Notes: generated by a model from the sequence alone, not told the origin. A stretch of DNA of 64,000 nucleotides from the human T2T-CHM13v2.0 reference genome, Homo sapiens (GCA_009914755.4 CP068257.2:40544001-40608000); one strand, 5' to 3'. Counted from the stretch's first letter, positions 1 through 12,112 are shown. Translations and numbers: made by a program.

Positions 1-364
1 GCAGCATCAGGCTGTGTGGGACTAAGCCCTGGAACATGGGACAGGAGAGCTGATGCCCTGATTCTCTGGAGCCTGAGCCCTGGGACCCGAGCTGGGCTGA
101 GTGTGTGTGGCCCTCTCTCAGGTCTCAGTGGCAGGGGAAGGAGGTCGTGGGGACTGGGGACCAGTGCGTCCTTTTATTCATCACCTCATAGCTACCTCCT
201 CCCAAACCCCATTAGGATACAGTGTGTCAAATCTCAGACAGCAAATCCTTCTCTCATAAAGGGGCAGGATCATCTCCATCCTGTTTGTTCCAACAGAGGC
301 TGTAGTCAGGGGCAGTTTATGGGGTAAGAAGGATGTGCTGGGGGCCCCCAGGACCACGCTTAGG

Positions 365-540
365 CTTGATGCTTCTCTGGAAAGACTCACAGACCACAGA
401 AGTCACAGTTTCTTACAGCAAAAGGAGGCAGATTAAAATCAGCAAATGAGAAAGTCACACAGGGTGGGGAGGGACCGGGTGCGAGCTTTCAGCTCCCCTC
501 GCAGTGGGGTCACCAGTCAGCACCCGTTCCCTCAGCGTTG
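365..540. repeat. Left arm of a ~175-bp inverted repeat; the partner arm is at 1765-1935
   Basis: Reverse complement of 1765-1935 matches 365-540 with only about 3-4 mismatches. Arms read ...ttgatgcttctctggaaagactcacagaccacagaagtcacag... and ...ctgtgacttctgtggtctgtgagtctttccagagaagcatcaa. Confidence 0.85.
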
Positions 541-1764
541 ATGTGTGACAACACTCACGGTGCCTTGCCACCACCCTGGGAGCCCTGAGCCTTGGTGTCC
601 ACATTTTTATTAGGGGTCAGCCATGAAGGCGTGGAGCACCCACATGGTTGCCCACGGCTTCTCAGCCCCCAGCCCCCAAGAGGTCAAAACTGTGACCCAG
701 GACCCCAGAAGACCAAGCCAAACCTTTACCCTAAATCCCCTGGTTAGGGTAAACCGTCCAACAGGGCCCCAGGTCCCAGGTCTACAAAGACATGCTTGTC
801 GGGCGGGATATTCCAAGGGCTTAGAGGTCATCACCAGGCCAAGCAGGAGCCAGTCCTGTGGAATGTGCAGGGTCTGGACACCCAGCCCCACTGAGTGAGC
901 CCTTCCCCGCACAGGGGACAGGTGGTCTGGAAGGGAGGGGCATGAGTGTCTGAGGGTGCCTGTGTCCATGGAGCCGCCCTCTGAGCACTGACGTCTCATA
1001 AAGACGTGTCCCGGCTGTTGGGGGTCAGCCCCTCCTGTGTCTGGCTCTGATTTCCCTGCAGGGTGGGGAAATTGTCCCACCCCAGGCACTCAGGTGCAGC
1101 TGGACTAAAGGTCAAGGGGGCATTAGCTCAAGCTCAGAGCTCCTTGACTTCAGCTGTGCAGAAACGATGAGCGCCTGCTGGAGGGACAACTGGTGCATGC
1201 AGCTGACGGCACGCAGCTGAGAGGAGACGCCCCTCATTGGTTTTGGATGCATCATATTTTACGCATCTCCAAAGGTGTTTATAATTTTTTTTTTTCAAGT
1301 AGCAGAAATCGCCATCAACCCAGCAAAAATAAACATATCAGTAACCATGGTGACTTCAGCCTTCCAGCCCTGGGCAGAAATGATCTCAGGCGGACACAGA
1401 GGGGCGCAGGCGTGGTTCTAAACGCTGGGTTCTATTGAAGGTGGACTAGATCTGATTGAAACTCTTCACAGCTGCTGGTGGTTGGAATTCCAGGCTCCCT
1501 GCAGGTGTCTGCCCTTCCCCTGGAAGCCTCAACAGTGACAGGGGCTGTAGCTGCTGGTGCCCGGGCTGGTCTCCTGAGGCCACCACTAGCTTCCTAGGGA
1601 GGGGCTTTACCCAACTAGGACACAGGGCCGCAGACCTGGGCACCGCTCAGCCAGGCTTCCTTCCTCGGGCCTGGACCCACTATCTGCCTGGGCTTCTGTT
1701 GCACAGCGATGATGCCAGGAAGCACACATATTCCAGCGTTCACCAGTGCACACCACCACACATC

Positions 1765-1935
1765 GACGCTGAGGGAACGGGTGCTGACTGGTGACCCCAC
1801 TGCGAGAGGAGCTGAAAGCTTGCGCCCGGTCCCTCCCCACCCTGTGTGACTTTCTCATTTGCTGATTTTAATCTGCCTCCTTTTGCTGTAAGAAACTGTG
1901 ACTTCTGTGGTCTGTGAGTCTTTCCAGAGAAGCAT
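1765..1935. repeat. Right arm of the ~175-bp inverted repeat, spacer ~1.2 kb
   Basis: See 365-540. A weaker ~25-bp extension of similarity continues inward (atgtgtgacaacactcacggtg vs cgatgtgtggtggtgtgcactgg). Confidence 0.85.
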
Positions 1936-2354
1936 CAAATATTCCAACATTCACCAGTGCACACCAAAATTCTCTCTGTGGATTTTGGGAGAGCGAGAGC
2001 GAGAGAGAAACAACAGCAACAAAACTCTAAGGAACTAACGGTGTAAAGAAATAAATTAACATGCAGAAAATTTCACATAAGGTCCATCCGCATGGCCTCC
2101 CCAGGCAAAGCTTTCACCTTCTTCCTAAGGCCCAGCCTTCCCCTGGAGAAAAGGCCATTCACCCACCTGCTGGCGAGGGAGAGGTGGCCCCCAGATTCTC
2201 ACACACAGGGTCACGGAGCTTGTCCTCCCTCCCAAACCACCTTCACTTCGGATCTGCCTGGATGCTGATTAGACTGGAGAGAGGAACAGATCAGAGACAC
2301 TAGACCAGGGTGGGCGGAGGAGGGGCCAGGAGGCAGATGCAAAAAGGGGAGCCT

Positions 2355-2650
<296 letters not shown>

Positions 2651-4257
2651 TAAAAGGGGAACCTGAGACCCCCAGCTCTGGCTGCCCTCGGTCTACACTG
2701 CTGGCAACAAGTCCAGTCCATAGTTTTTTCAGACTTTGAGGCCCAAATCTTTGATCTGGAAGGACCTGGGATTGCCAACTTGGCAGGGACTAGAGGGTAA
2801 AGGGTGGAGTCTGTCCAGGCGAGGTGTGGGGTGCCCTGGACACAGAAGACTGCATTTTGGGTCTTTATCCCTTATTGTCTCCCCAGATGCTTTTGTGAAG
2901 ACAGGTCTGCTCTTCAGGTGCTCCCCTCTGCCCCTGGGTCCTGAGGGCACCAGCCCTGCCTCCCCAACCTTCTTCCAGGTGAGAATGCAGGTCAGGCTGG
3001 AGGCAGACACCTGCAGATCCTCCTAGAATGCGGGCAGCTGGGGACTCCAGATGTGGGAGTCCTGATACCCACAGTCCAGCTGTGGCCGAGAAAAGGGGCA
3101 TTTTCTACTTTGCTGATCTATTTGAAGGGAATAACACCCAAAGATGGCTTTCTCCCAAGTCATGGACAGACAAAGGCAAACACGAAAACACCATCAGCCT
3201 GGCTGGCTCCGGGCCATGAAGCCTGCGGGGCTGAGCAGACTTCTGCTGCATCTGTTGGGAAACAATGCACAGTGGCCCTTGTCCCGAGGACGCAGGCTGC
3301 CTTTCAATCACTGCTGTTTCTGGAAAAAGAGAGCCCAGTCTTCCCAGAGAAGCGGGCTTAATAAGGACACAACCCTTCTGTACTCATGATAATCACAGCT
3401 CACGGCCGTGGAGAGCTTCATAGCGCTCCATCCTGTACTGAGCCCTACACATTTATAATCTCATTTAATCCTCGTAACAATCGGGCAAGGTCAGTATCGC
3501 CGTCACTGCTCCCCTTCAGGAAGCTGAGGAACTGCCCAGGGCCCTAGGATAGATCGGCATGGGGCAGGGTCAGCCCGAGACTCCCAGCCCTTAGCCCACA
3601 GAGCCTGGGGTCACAGCGGTGAAAGAACGGGACATACAAATGCAGAGGGCTCCTGCTCTAGGGTCCTCTAGGTGCTGTCACAGAGGACCACACAATTGGT
3701 AATTTAAAACAATGCACATTTATTCTCTTAAAGGTCTAGAGATTGAAGTCCAACACAGGTCTCCTTGAGCTAAAATCAAGGTACTGCAGGGCTGGTTCCT
3801 CCCAGAGGCTGGGTTTAGGGAGAGTCCACTTCTTGCCTTTCCCGGCTTCTAGAGCTGCCCTGAGGCCTTGACCCTCGGCCCCTCCTCCCTCTTCAAAGGC
3901 AGCACTGGCGTGGAGGCCTTCTCACATCTCATCCCCTGAGCTCCTCTTCCGCCTGCTCTTTCACATGTAAGGATCTTGGTGATCACTTTGGGCCTACCAG
4001 GATAATCCAAAATAAACTCCTGATGTTAAGGTCAGTAGATTAGCAATTTTCATTCCACCTGATGCCTTAATTCACTTTGCCAGGTAAGGCAACCGAGTCA
4101 CAGGTTCCAGGATTAGGAGGCAGAAAGGGCTTCAGCCGGGGTTGACGCATTCAGATGTGTGCTCTCTATGGCCTTTCTGTGTCTTGGCCTGGCAGTCCTC
4201 CTGGAGTCGTCCCTGCTGGCAGGGACAGGTGCTGGAGTCAGCTCACGCCGGCTTCTG

Positions 4258-4905
4258 AGAGCCCAGTGGGGAACGGCTGAAATGTACAATTAATAAATTG
4301 CACTAAAACAAAGGTAACTTGAGTTTTGAGCATTTGTTACCTTTGTTTTAATACAATTTATTAATTGTACATTTTATGGTATTATTATGATATAATTTTA
4401 CGATCATCATGCTGTGGCAGTTATTACCTCTGTTGCATCTGTATGGCAGAAATCCTGTGTAACAGGAGGTTTGCTAGGGCACACCGGTCTCTGCATTGAG
4501 CTTCGTCGTGTCCACAGCTTGAACCAACCATCGCAAGAGCATTTACGTCACGGAAATCAGCATGTGCTACAAATCGAGGCTTGATTTTATCGTCTTATTG
4601 ATTATCTAGACTCAAGGAAATGATGAAAATCTTCGATGAACGCAGATTAATCTACAAGTGTGCTATGGTCATAACTGTTACACTGTAAATAGCATAAAAC
4701 GTTGTCAAATCGTAGTTGAATTGCAGCTATAGGCTGGCTACAAATATGAGAGTTTGGCCAAAATCAACAAAAGCATCTGTGTGGACCAGTTGGCTCTATG
4801 GAATTTATGATAAAAAGTCCTGTATATTTATTATTTGTAAATTGTGTGCTTCCTTTGCATGAATAAAACTTAGAGTGGACTGACGTACAGATGTTTACAC
4901 ACACG
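4258..4905 (+). other. AT-rich block that retains CpGs (observed/expected ~0.6 vs ~0.2 in neighbours), many TAAT/ATTA cores, AATAAA at 4862-4867. Candidate conserved noncoding element or terminal 3'UTR-like segment.
   Basis: About 15 CpGs in ~640 bp at ~38% GC. Motifs include caattaataaattg, gattaatctac and tattgattatctag. gaataaaac lies near the 3' edge and no A-tail follows. Confidence 0.3.
4270..4372. repeat. Near-perfect palindrome: 39-bp arms and an 18-nt loop (hairpin-capable)
   Basis: aaatgtacaattaataaattgcactaaaacaaaggtaac / loop ttgagttttgagcattt / gttacctttgttttaatacaatttattaattgtacattt. Two mismatches in the stem. Confidence 0.85.
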
Positions 4906-6796
4906 TCTTTTCTGCAGAGAGCCTGTTGTTAAACATTTGCCAGCACACCACTGCCTACCCCCTGCAACCCCCACCCCGCCAGCCTCACCTTCCCGGCCCC
5001 ACACTTTGTGCTCTCGTCCTCTGAGCCACGAGCACTTTCCAGAGCTCTCCTGCTGCACCGATGCCCTCTGCCCAGCATGGGATGACCCATCCCAACCATC
5101 CTCTCCCCTTGCCTGGCCCATCCTACTGGTCCCCCAGGCACGGCCCAGCAGTTATTCTCTCCAGGAAGCTGTTCTCTCCAGGAGGCTGTCCTGGCTTCTG
5201 GGTTGGGTCAGTGCCCTTCTGTGTTCTGGGGGTCCTGGGTTTTCCCCCATTGCACCCTGTGGGAATCGTGCTTGCTTCTCTGTGTTTAGGACTGGCCCCT
5301 GGCTGCCTCGTTGGTGGGGCCATAAAACTCTCCGTTTGTGCCCCAGAATCTAGCACATTTCCTACATAGTAGATGCTCAATAAACATTCACTCAATAGAA
5401 CAAACAGAATATTCACTTAAGGAGCTGGGATTGTTCTTGACTGAATACAGAGCTAGGTCTCTTCCCAGACACAGAAGGAAACAGACAAAGGAAGGGAAAG
5501 CTCTGATGGATACATGGTTCTGAAGGGGCCCTGGGTCCTGGCACATGAAGACGCTTGGGCACATGGGTGGGGAACATTGGGGAATGCCACGTCTCAGCTC
5601 CTATGACTGGAGGGCCCTTTGGACCGTTTTGGCTTCAATACAGCAGGCACCTGACATCCTTGACAGAGGAGTTTCTTTCTGCAGATGCACGAGGGATGTG
5701 GAACCCAGGACTCAGAGGGGGCAGATTAGTGTTCCCCCCAGGGGGCCCTGGGAGCCACGATCCTGCAGCCGGGGGTGCTCAGAGGATAAACAGGTGAGGC
5801 AGTTAATCGGGAGGCAGTCCTCTGGGAGCCCCAGTGCAGTCAGCAAGGCATGGAAGCCGTCTGTGTGGGCTTCCATCATGGTGGGGCACTGGGGGCCATG
5901 TGGGGTTCCTTCACTTCACGTAGGTGCAGCTCATCATGGGATGACAGTGGGGGGTTGGAGGGGACACCCTACGGGTCCCAGAGATGCCAAGTGAGGTCAT
6001 CGTGATGATGGAGGTGCTGGCTGGTGGCCTCCAAAGGCAGGCAGGGGCAGGCCCTTTCCCTGTGTCCAAGTCCACATGGGCACTCTCAGGGCTATGCCCA
6101 TTTGACACGAGTCTCCACGCCTGGTGAATGTTGGCACCAGCACAGCCATTCCATCGTGGCCCTGAAACCACCACAGAATACTCCATATCATGATCGTAAA
6201 ACACTCAGTGCCAGCCGCAAGCTCCTCTGACGGAGGCTGTGGTTCCCACGGAGCCCTGGCGCCTGTGGCACCCTCTGCCCTCCTGCTCCATCCGGAGCCC
6301 TGGTGGCTGTGAGGCGGGGGCTCCTCTCCTGTCCCTGCCACCCCCACCAGGTGGTGGCACCCCATCCTGGGAGGCCCCCGCCTCCTCTGCCTCTTCTTCT
6401 ACTTGGAGTGTGAAATCAGTGGACACGCGCTGGGGCAGAGTGCAGCACTGACCCCCGTGCTTGCTCACTCTGCAGGCGCCGTGGGCAGGGGCTGGGTAGG
6501 GGGCTGCTGAGCCAGCGTGAGGGCCCTCCCCACATCCTCACCTCGGAAGGAAATGCCCTCCCTGGAGCCGCGGGGCAGTAACTGAGGTAGCACAGCTGTT
6601 GAGTGCGTGTCCGGTGCCAGGCCAGGGGGGCAACCCGTGTTGGGGACATGTTGGATGCCTCTCTGAGTCCTGGAGCCTGAGTGGCTCTAGCCCCCAGACG
6701 TTCTCCAGGAAGCTTTACTGGCCTGAGGGTCGCTCGGGAGCAGAGATGGAGGGGAGAGATGGGCCCTTCCCACTCGGCCTCCAGCAGCTCAGCCCG

Positions 6797-6843
6797 GCCT
6801 CTGCCCCCTGCCAACCCCCCTCCTGCCAACCCCCCTCCTGCCA
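6797..6843 (+). repeat. 3 copies of the 15-mer CTGCCAACCCCCCTC in tandem
   Basis: ctgccaacccccctcctgccaacccccctcctgccaacccccg. Confidence 0.8.
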
Positions 6844-7119
6844 ACCCCCGTTTTCAGGTCTCCTTTTGGAGACAACAAGGTCACTGTGGCACAAGGACCC
6901 ACAGTTCCTTATAGTCCAGAGAAATTTAGGGCGGTGGGCGGTAAGCTGGGGCAAGAACTGTTCTCGGGCAGCCCCGGCTGGAAACATCACAGATTTGTCA
7001 ATGAGTTTGCAAACATGATTGAGACATCTCCGCTCAGGAGCCTTGGGCTTCAGGTGACAATGACTCACTGGCATGGGCTACCAAGTGTGTGTGTATTTGA
7101 CCTCAGCGGGTTACACATG

Positions 7120-7202
7120 CACAACACACAGACACACAAAGACACGGACAGACACAGATACACACACAGACACACACACACACACACACAGAAATATACA
7201 CA
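7120..7202. repeat. Compound CA-rich simple repeat, (CA)n/(ACAGAC)n, left part
   Basis: cacaacacacagacacacaaagacacggacagacacagatacacacacagacacacacacacacacacacag. Confidence 0.9.
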
Positions 7203-7497
7203 GGCCGGGCACGGTGGTTCAGGCCTGTAATCTCAGCACTTTGGGAGGCTGAGGCAGGCGGATCACTTGAGGTCAGGAGTTCGAGACTAGCCTGGCCAAC
7301 ATGGTAAAACCCCATCTCCACTAAAAATACAAAATTAGCTGAGCGTGGTGGTGCATGCCTGTAATCCCAGCTACTCAGGAGGCTGAGGCAGGAGAGTTGC
7401 TTGAACCTGGGAGAAAGAGGTTGCAGTGAGCCAAGATCATACCACTGCACTCCAGCCCAGGCAACAGAGCAAGACTCCATCTCAAAAAAAAAAAAAC
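7203..7497 (+). mobile_element. Alu SINE inserted inside the CA-rich repeat
   Basis: GGCCGGGCACGGTGGTTCAGGCCTGTAATCTCAGCACTTTGGGAGGC ... CTCCATCTCAAAAAAAAAAAAA. Confidence 0.92.
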
Positions 7498-7815
7498 AAA
7501 CGAAACACGGAGAGAGACATACCCAAACATATACACAGACACACACACACGAATACACACAGACACACACAGAGAGACACAGAGAGACACACGCAAACAC
7601 ATACACACACTGACACACAGACACACATATACAGAGACACACATATACAGAGACACACATAGGTACACACAGACACAGAGAAACACACACACACACAAAC
7701 ACACACATACAGACATATGCACAGAGAAACACACACACAGAAGACATACAGACACACACACAGAGACACACACAGCCACATACAGACACACAGAGCCTCA
7801 CACACAGGCACACAC
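7498..7815. repeat. Compound CA-rich simple repeat, (ACACAGAGAC)n-like, right part
   Basis: Runs of acacacagacacacacagagagacacagagagacac... The -strand ORFs here (Cys/Val-rich) and the +strand ORFs (His/Thr-rich) are translation artefacts. Confidence 0.9.
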
Positions 7816-8199
7816 GCCGCCCTGAGGCCACACAGGCCACACTTTGTACGCAGCCCCCACCTTCCACAGGCCTCTCTGTTTGTACAAACACCGCCAAACA
7901 CATCCCCCTCATCAGCCCCTTTGAGTTTTCAAAATAGTTACGATATCCTCACTCCAACAATATCTGGAGGAAGGCTGCCTTTCCCCAATTTTATTTTTCT
8001 TAGACAAAGAAACAAAGAGTCCAGGAGACGCCTGAGAGAAGACAGAGGAAGTGGCAGAGCGGGGGAGGGGAGCAGAGCATCCAGCAGCCCAGAGAAGGGG
8101 AGCAGGGAGGGGGGGACCCAGTGGAAGGCTCAGAGCCACCGGTGAGGTGGAGGACCATCACAGCCACGGATTCTGTAGGCGGACTTGTCAGGACAGAGT

Positions 8200-9495
8200 G
8201 GAGTGAGGGTGAGTGAGGGGCAGATTCAGATGGCTGTTCAGGGGCGAGTGTGGGGAGACTCGTGGCTGTGCGGGGGTGAGTCAGGGGAGACTTGTGTGGC
8301 TGTGCAGGGGTGAATGGGGGGAGACACATGGCTGGGCAGCAGTGAGTGGGGGGAGGCTTGCATGGCTGTGCAGGGGTAAGTTGGGGAAGACTCCCATGGC
8401 TGTGCAGGGGTGAGTTGGGGGAGACTTGCACGGCTGGGCAGTGGTGAGTAGGGGGAGACTCGCATGGCTGTGCAGGGGTGAGCTGGGGAGAGACTCACTT
8501 TGCTGTGCAGGGATAAGTGAGGAGGAGACTCAAATGTCTGGGCAGGAGTGAGTGAGCGGTGACTCACATGGCTGGGCAGGGGTGTGTGAGAGAGGGAGAC
8601 TCACGTGGCTGGGCAGGGGTGAGTGAGGAGGAGACTCACAAGGCTGGGCAGGGGTTAGTAGGGGGTGACTCCTATGGCTGGGCAGAGGTGAGTGGGGAGA
8701 GGCTCCCATCGCTGGGCAGGGATGAGTGAGGGGAGACTCATGGCTGTGCAGGGGTGAGTGAGAAAGGGAGACTCCCATGGCTGGGCAGGGGTGAGTTGGG
8801 GGAGACTCATATGGCTGGGTAGGGGTGAGTGGGGGGAGACTCCTATGGCTGGGCAAGGGTGAGTGAGAGGAGACTCATAGGGCTGTGCAGGGATGAGTTG
8901 GGGGGAGACTTACGTGGCTGTGCAGGGGTGAGTCGGGGGAGACTCGCATAGCTGTGCAGGGGTGAGTGGGAGGAGACTCACGTGGCTGTGCAGGGGTGAG
9001 TGGGGGAAGACTCGCATGGCTGTGCAGGGATAAGTGAGCAGGAGACTCACATGTCTGGGCAGGAGTAAGTGAGGGGTGACTCACATGGCTGGGCAGGGGT
9101 GTGTGAGAGAGGGAGACTCACATGGCTGGGTAGGGGTGAGTGAGGAGGAGACTCACATGTCTGTGCAGGGGTTAGTCGGGGGTGACTCCTACGGCTGGGC
9201 AGAGGTGAGTCGGGAGAGACTCCCATGGCTGGGCAGGGGTAAGTGAGAGGAGACTGACAGGGCTGTGCAGGGGTGAGTGAGAGAGGGAGACTCACATGGC
9301 TGGACAGGGGTGAGTTGGGGGAGACTCACACGGCTGGGTAGGGGTGAGTGGGGGGAGACTCCTATGGCTGGGCAGGGGTGAGTGAGAGGAGACTCACAGG
9401 GCTGTGCAGGGGTGTGTGAGAGAGGGAGACTCACATGGCTGGGCAGGAGCTAGTGAGGGTGAGACTGCATGGCTGGGCAGGGGTGGGTGAGGGAT
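8200..9495. repeat. GC-rich minisatellite (VNTR-like): ~36 tandem units of ~34-37 bp, consensus about GGCTGKGCAGGGGTGAGTGRGGGGAGACTCACATG
   Basis: Direct tandem units are visible throughout. Block 8502-8895 reappears at 9019-9412, giving a ~517-bp higher-order period. The proline-rich -strand ORFs are artefacts. Confidence 0.95.
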
Positions 9496-10006
9496 GAGGA
9501 ATGGAGGCAAAGAGCAGATTGCTCCTTAGGGACCTGGGTTGCTAATGGTAAGAGGCTGCTGAGGAGGCTCCTGGTTGCAGAGAAGGGTTTGTTTTCGCCT
9601 TGTGCAAGATGGGCAGGTTTGTGGGCTGGAGGGCAGGAGGCGAAGACACAGCCTGGATGAGGGGGAGGAGGAGGGGCTTGGGAAGCAATGGGGAATGGGT
9701 CGCTGTGAGCAGAGGGCCCTGCCAGCTTCGGATGGAGGGGCAGTGGTGAAGGAGGGAACGTGAGTGGACAGATGTTAGGGCTCAGTGGGGGGTGCGGGGT
9801 GCAGGGTTGGGCCCGCTGGTGGAGTGGAAGTCGGTCATGAGGGATGTGCCAGGTGCCCAGTCCTCAGTGCGGTCAGAGGTGAGCCCCAGGTCAGAGTGCA
9901 CGGCCTGGGGAGTGTGGTGAGTAGTTAATGGGTGCGAGCCTGTTGACTTCTGCCATTAAAATCTCTTTATTTTGAGATAATTATTATAAGAAGAGTCGAT
10001 AAGATA

Positions 10007-10073
10007 CACTGCACTCCAGCCTGGGCGACAGAGCAAGACTCCGTCTCAAAAAACAAAAAACAAACAAAAAAAA
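10007..10073 (+). mobile_element. Alu 3'-end fragment (5'-truncated) with A-rich tail and TSDs
   Basis: CACTGCACTCCAGCCTGGGCGACAGAGCAAGACTCCGTCTCAAAAAACAAAAAACAAAC. Flanked by ataagaagagtcgataagata before and aagaagagtagataagatag after. Confidence 0.85.
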
Positions 10074-11373
10074 GAAGAGTAGATAAGATAGTAGTTATCA
10101 GAAATAATACAGAGAGCTCATGCGCCCACCTCCCATTGCCCGTGGTAGCATCCTGCCTGACTCGGGACTCTCTGCCCTGTGTTCTGGTCCCTGGGCTCTC
10201 CTCATGGTGGCCATGCCCCTGGCATTCCTGTCCTGGATTTCTAAGCCATCTTTGACCTAATTAGAAAGCCTGGCCTACCAACCTGCAGACCAGCTGGGAG
10301 AACCCTTAGCCCTGACCCAGTGTCTGGCATGGGCCTCTGGGTTTTAGAATGGGGCTAGTGATCAGAGGAGCTAGTCAAGGTCTTTGGTTGCAGGCCACAG
10401 AATATGGGCTGAGAATCCAAGAGGCCAGAGTATGTGGGAACTTGGAGCCGGGGGAATAGCTAAAGAACCAACCAAGAAAGAGCAGTTTCCAGGTAGCTCT
10501 GGGGATCCACGTAGTTGAGTCTGCAGGTCACTGCCCTGGGAGGAATTGCTTTTGACAGTTTCACCTCCATCCCTCCATCACCCTGATCTGGGTTTCAAAC
10601 TAGAGTCTCCTTGGCCTGGCTTGTATCCCAGCCCCACACTTGGCCAGGAGGTGGAGCTCCTTGATTGACAACCTCTAAGCCTGCACACAGGGTCAAAGGC
10701 AGCCGTCCAAAGTCAGGCAACTGTGGCCAGAGGAAGGAGAAAGAAACAGACTAATTTGACCCCCAGATCTTGGTTCGATGTTGGGTCAAATTATGGCTGG
10801 CACCAGAGCCCAGAAGTTGCAAGGACACTCAAGTGAGAACGTTTGGGTGTAGAGGTGCAAGACAAGTGCATCTGAGAGTTCGAGTCCCAGTGTGGACGTG
10901 TCTGGCATTGTGTAGATAGGCAGACTGTGCTGAAACACGTGTAGATCAGTGGCAGAGAACAAAAAGACCTTTAGTTTTCTGGGAAACTGTACTTAAAACT
11001 AGTTATGCATCTTGCCGTCATGAAACAGAGTCACTTATTGCCAGTAATCTCCCTATGAGAGTCTACTCAAACTCAGATGGTTTATTTTTTATAACTTTAA
11101 CCTGGGGACTATGATGTTTGTTTTACTTACTTGTGTGGAGAAATTATATTTACTCATGCTTTGTTCATTTATAGGAAATTGGACTTACTTCCCAACCATA
11201 TTACATTAACCTATGGACTAACTTGTTTTAATAACCCAGCAGCAATATAAAAGAATGGCCATAGATTCTCTTTGAATAAGGAAAACATCTGTTTTTCTTC
11301 TTAAATAGAAAAAAACTCAGTAAGTCTATTAATGATGATTAAAGCTGATTTAAAATACACAGCAAGACTTTCA

Positions 11374-11690
<317 letters not shown>

Positions 11691-11843
11691 ACAGTGGTCT
11701 AAGGGCAGAATTTCCCCCTTAACATCTAGGAAGACCCGCACACAACAAGAGGAATAAGAAACATGAGCTCTATCTGTAATGAAATCTGGGTGTACGTGAG
11801 ACCTCAAGCCATGGAGGTGGAAGAGATATCAAAAGCAGCAGCT

Positions 11844-12112
11844 GGCCGGGCCCAGTGGCTAAAGCCTCTAATCCCAGCACTTTGGGAGGCCGAGGTGGGC
11901 GGATCACCTGAGGTCAGGAGTTCAAGACCAGCCTCCCCAACATGGTGAAACCCCATCTCTACTAAAAATACAAAAATTAGCCGGGCGTGGTGGCGGGCCC
12001 CTGTAATCCCCACTACTCGAGAGGCTGAGGCATGAGAATCGCTTGAACCCGGGAGTCAGAGGTTGCAGTGCGCCGAGATCACGCCACTGCACTCCAGCCT
12101 GGGCGAAGCAAG
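11844..12112 (+). mobile_element. Alu SINE, 3'-truncated with no A-tail
   Basis: GGCCGGGCCCAGTGGCTAAAGCCTCTAATCCCAGCACTTTGGGAGGCCGAGGTGGGCGGATCACCTGAGGTCAGGAGTTCAAGACC... ending ...CAGCCTGGGCGAAGCAAGG. Confidence 0.9.

Noticed and set aside
610-1089. 159-aa - strand ORF inside the spacer of the 175-bp inverted repeat
   Set aside because: No recognisable domain, Pro/Gly/Arg-rich composition typical of GC-rich noncoding DNA, and no support for eukaryotic gene structure.
7103-7912. 269-aa - strand ORF (Cys/Val-rich) and 138-142-aa ORFs on both strands
   Set aside because: Translation through the CA/ACAGAC repeat and the embedded Alu.
8000-9434. Chain of overlapping - strand ORFs (66-143 aa) encoding repetitive Pro/Ser/Leu-rich peptides (..SLPPLTPAQPCESP..)
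   Set aside because: They are periodic translations of the 35-bp minisatellite. There are no starts, stops or codon bias independent of the repeat.
8200-9495. Considered whether the regular ~35-bp tandem repeats could be a CRISPR array
   Set aside because: The units are contiguous with no unique spacers, and the host is a primate genome full of Alus. It is a minisatellite.
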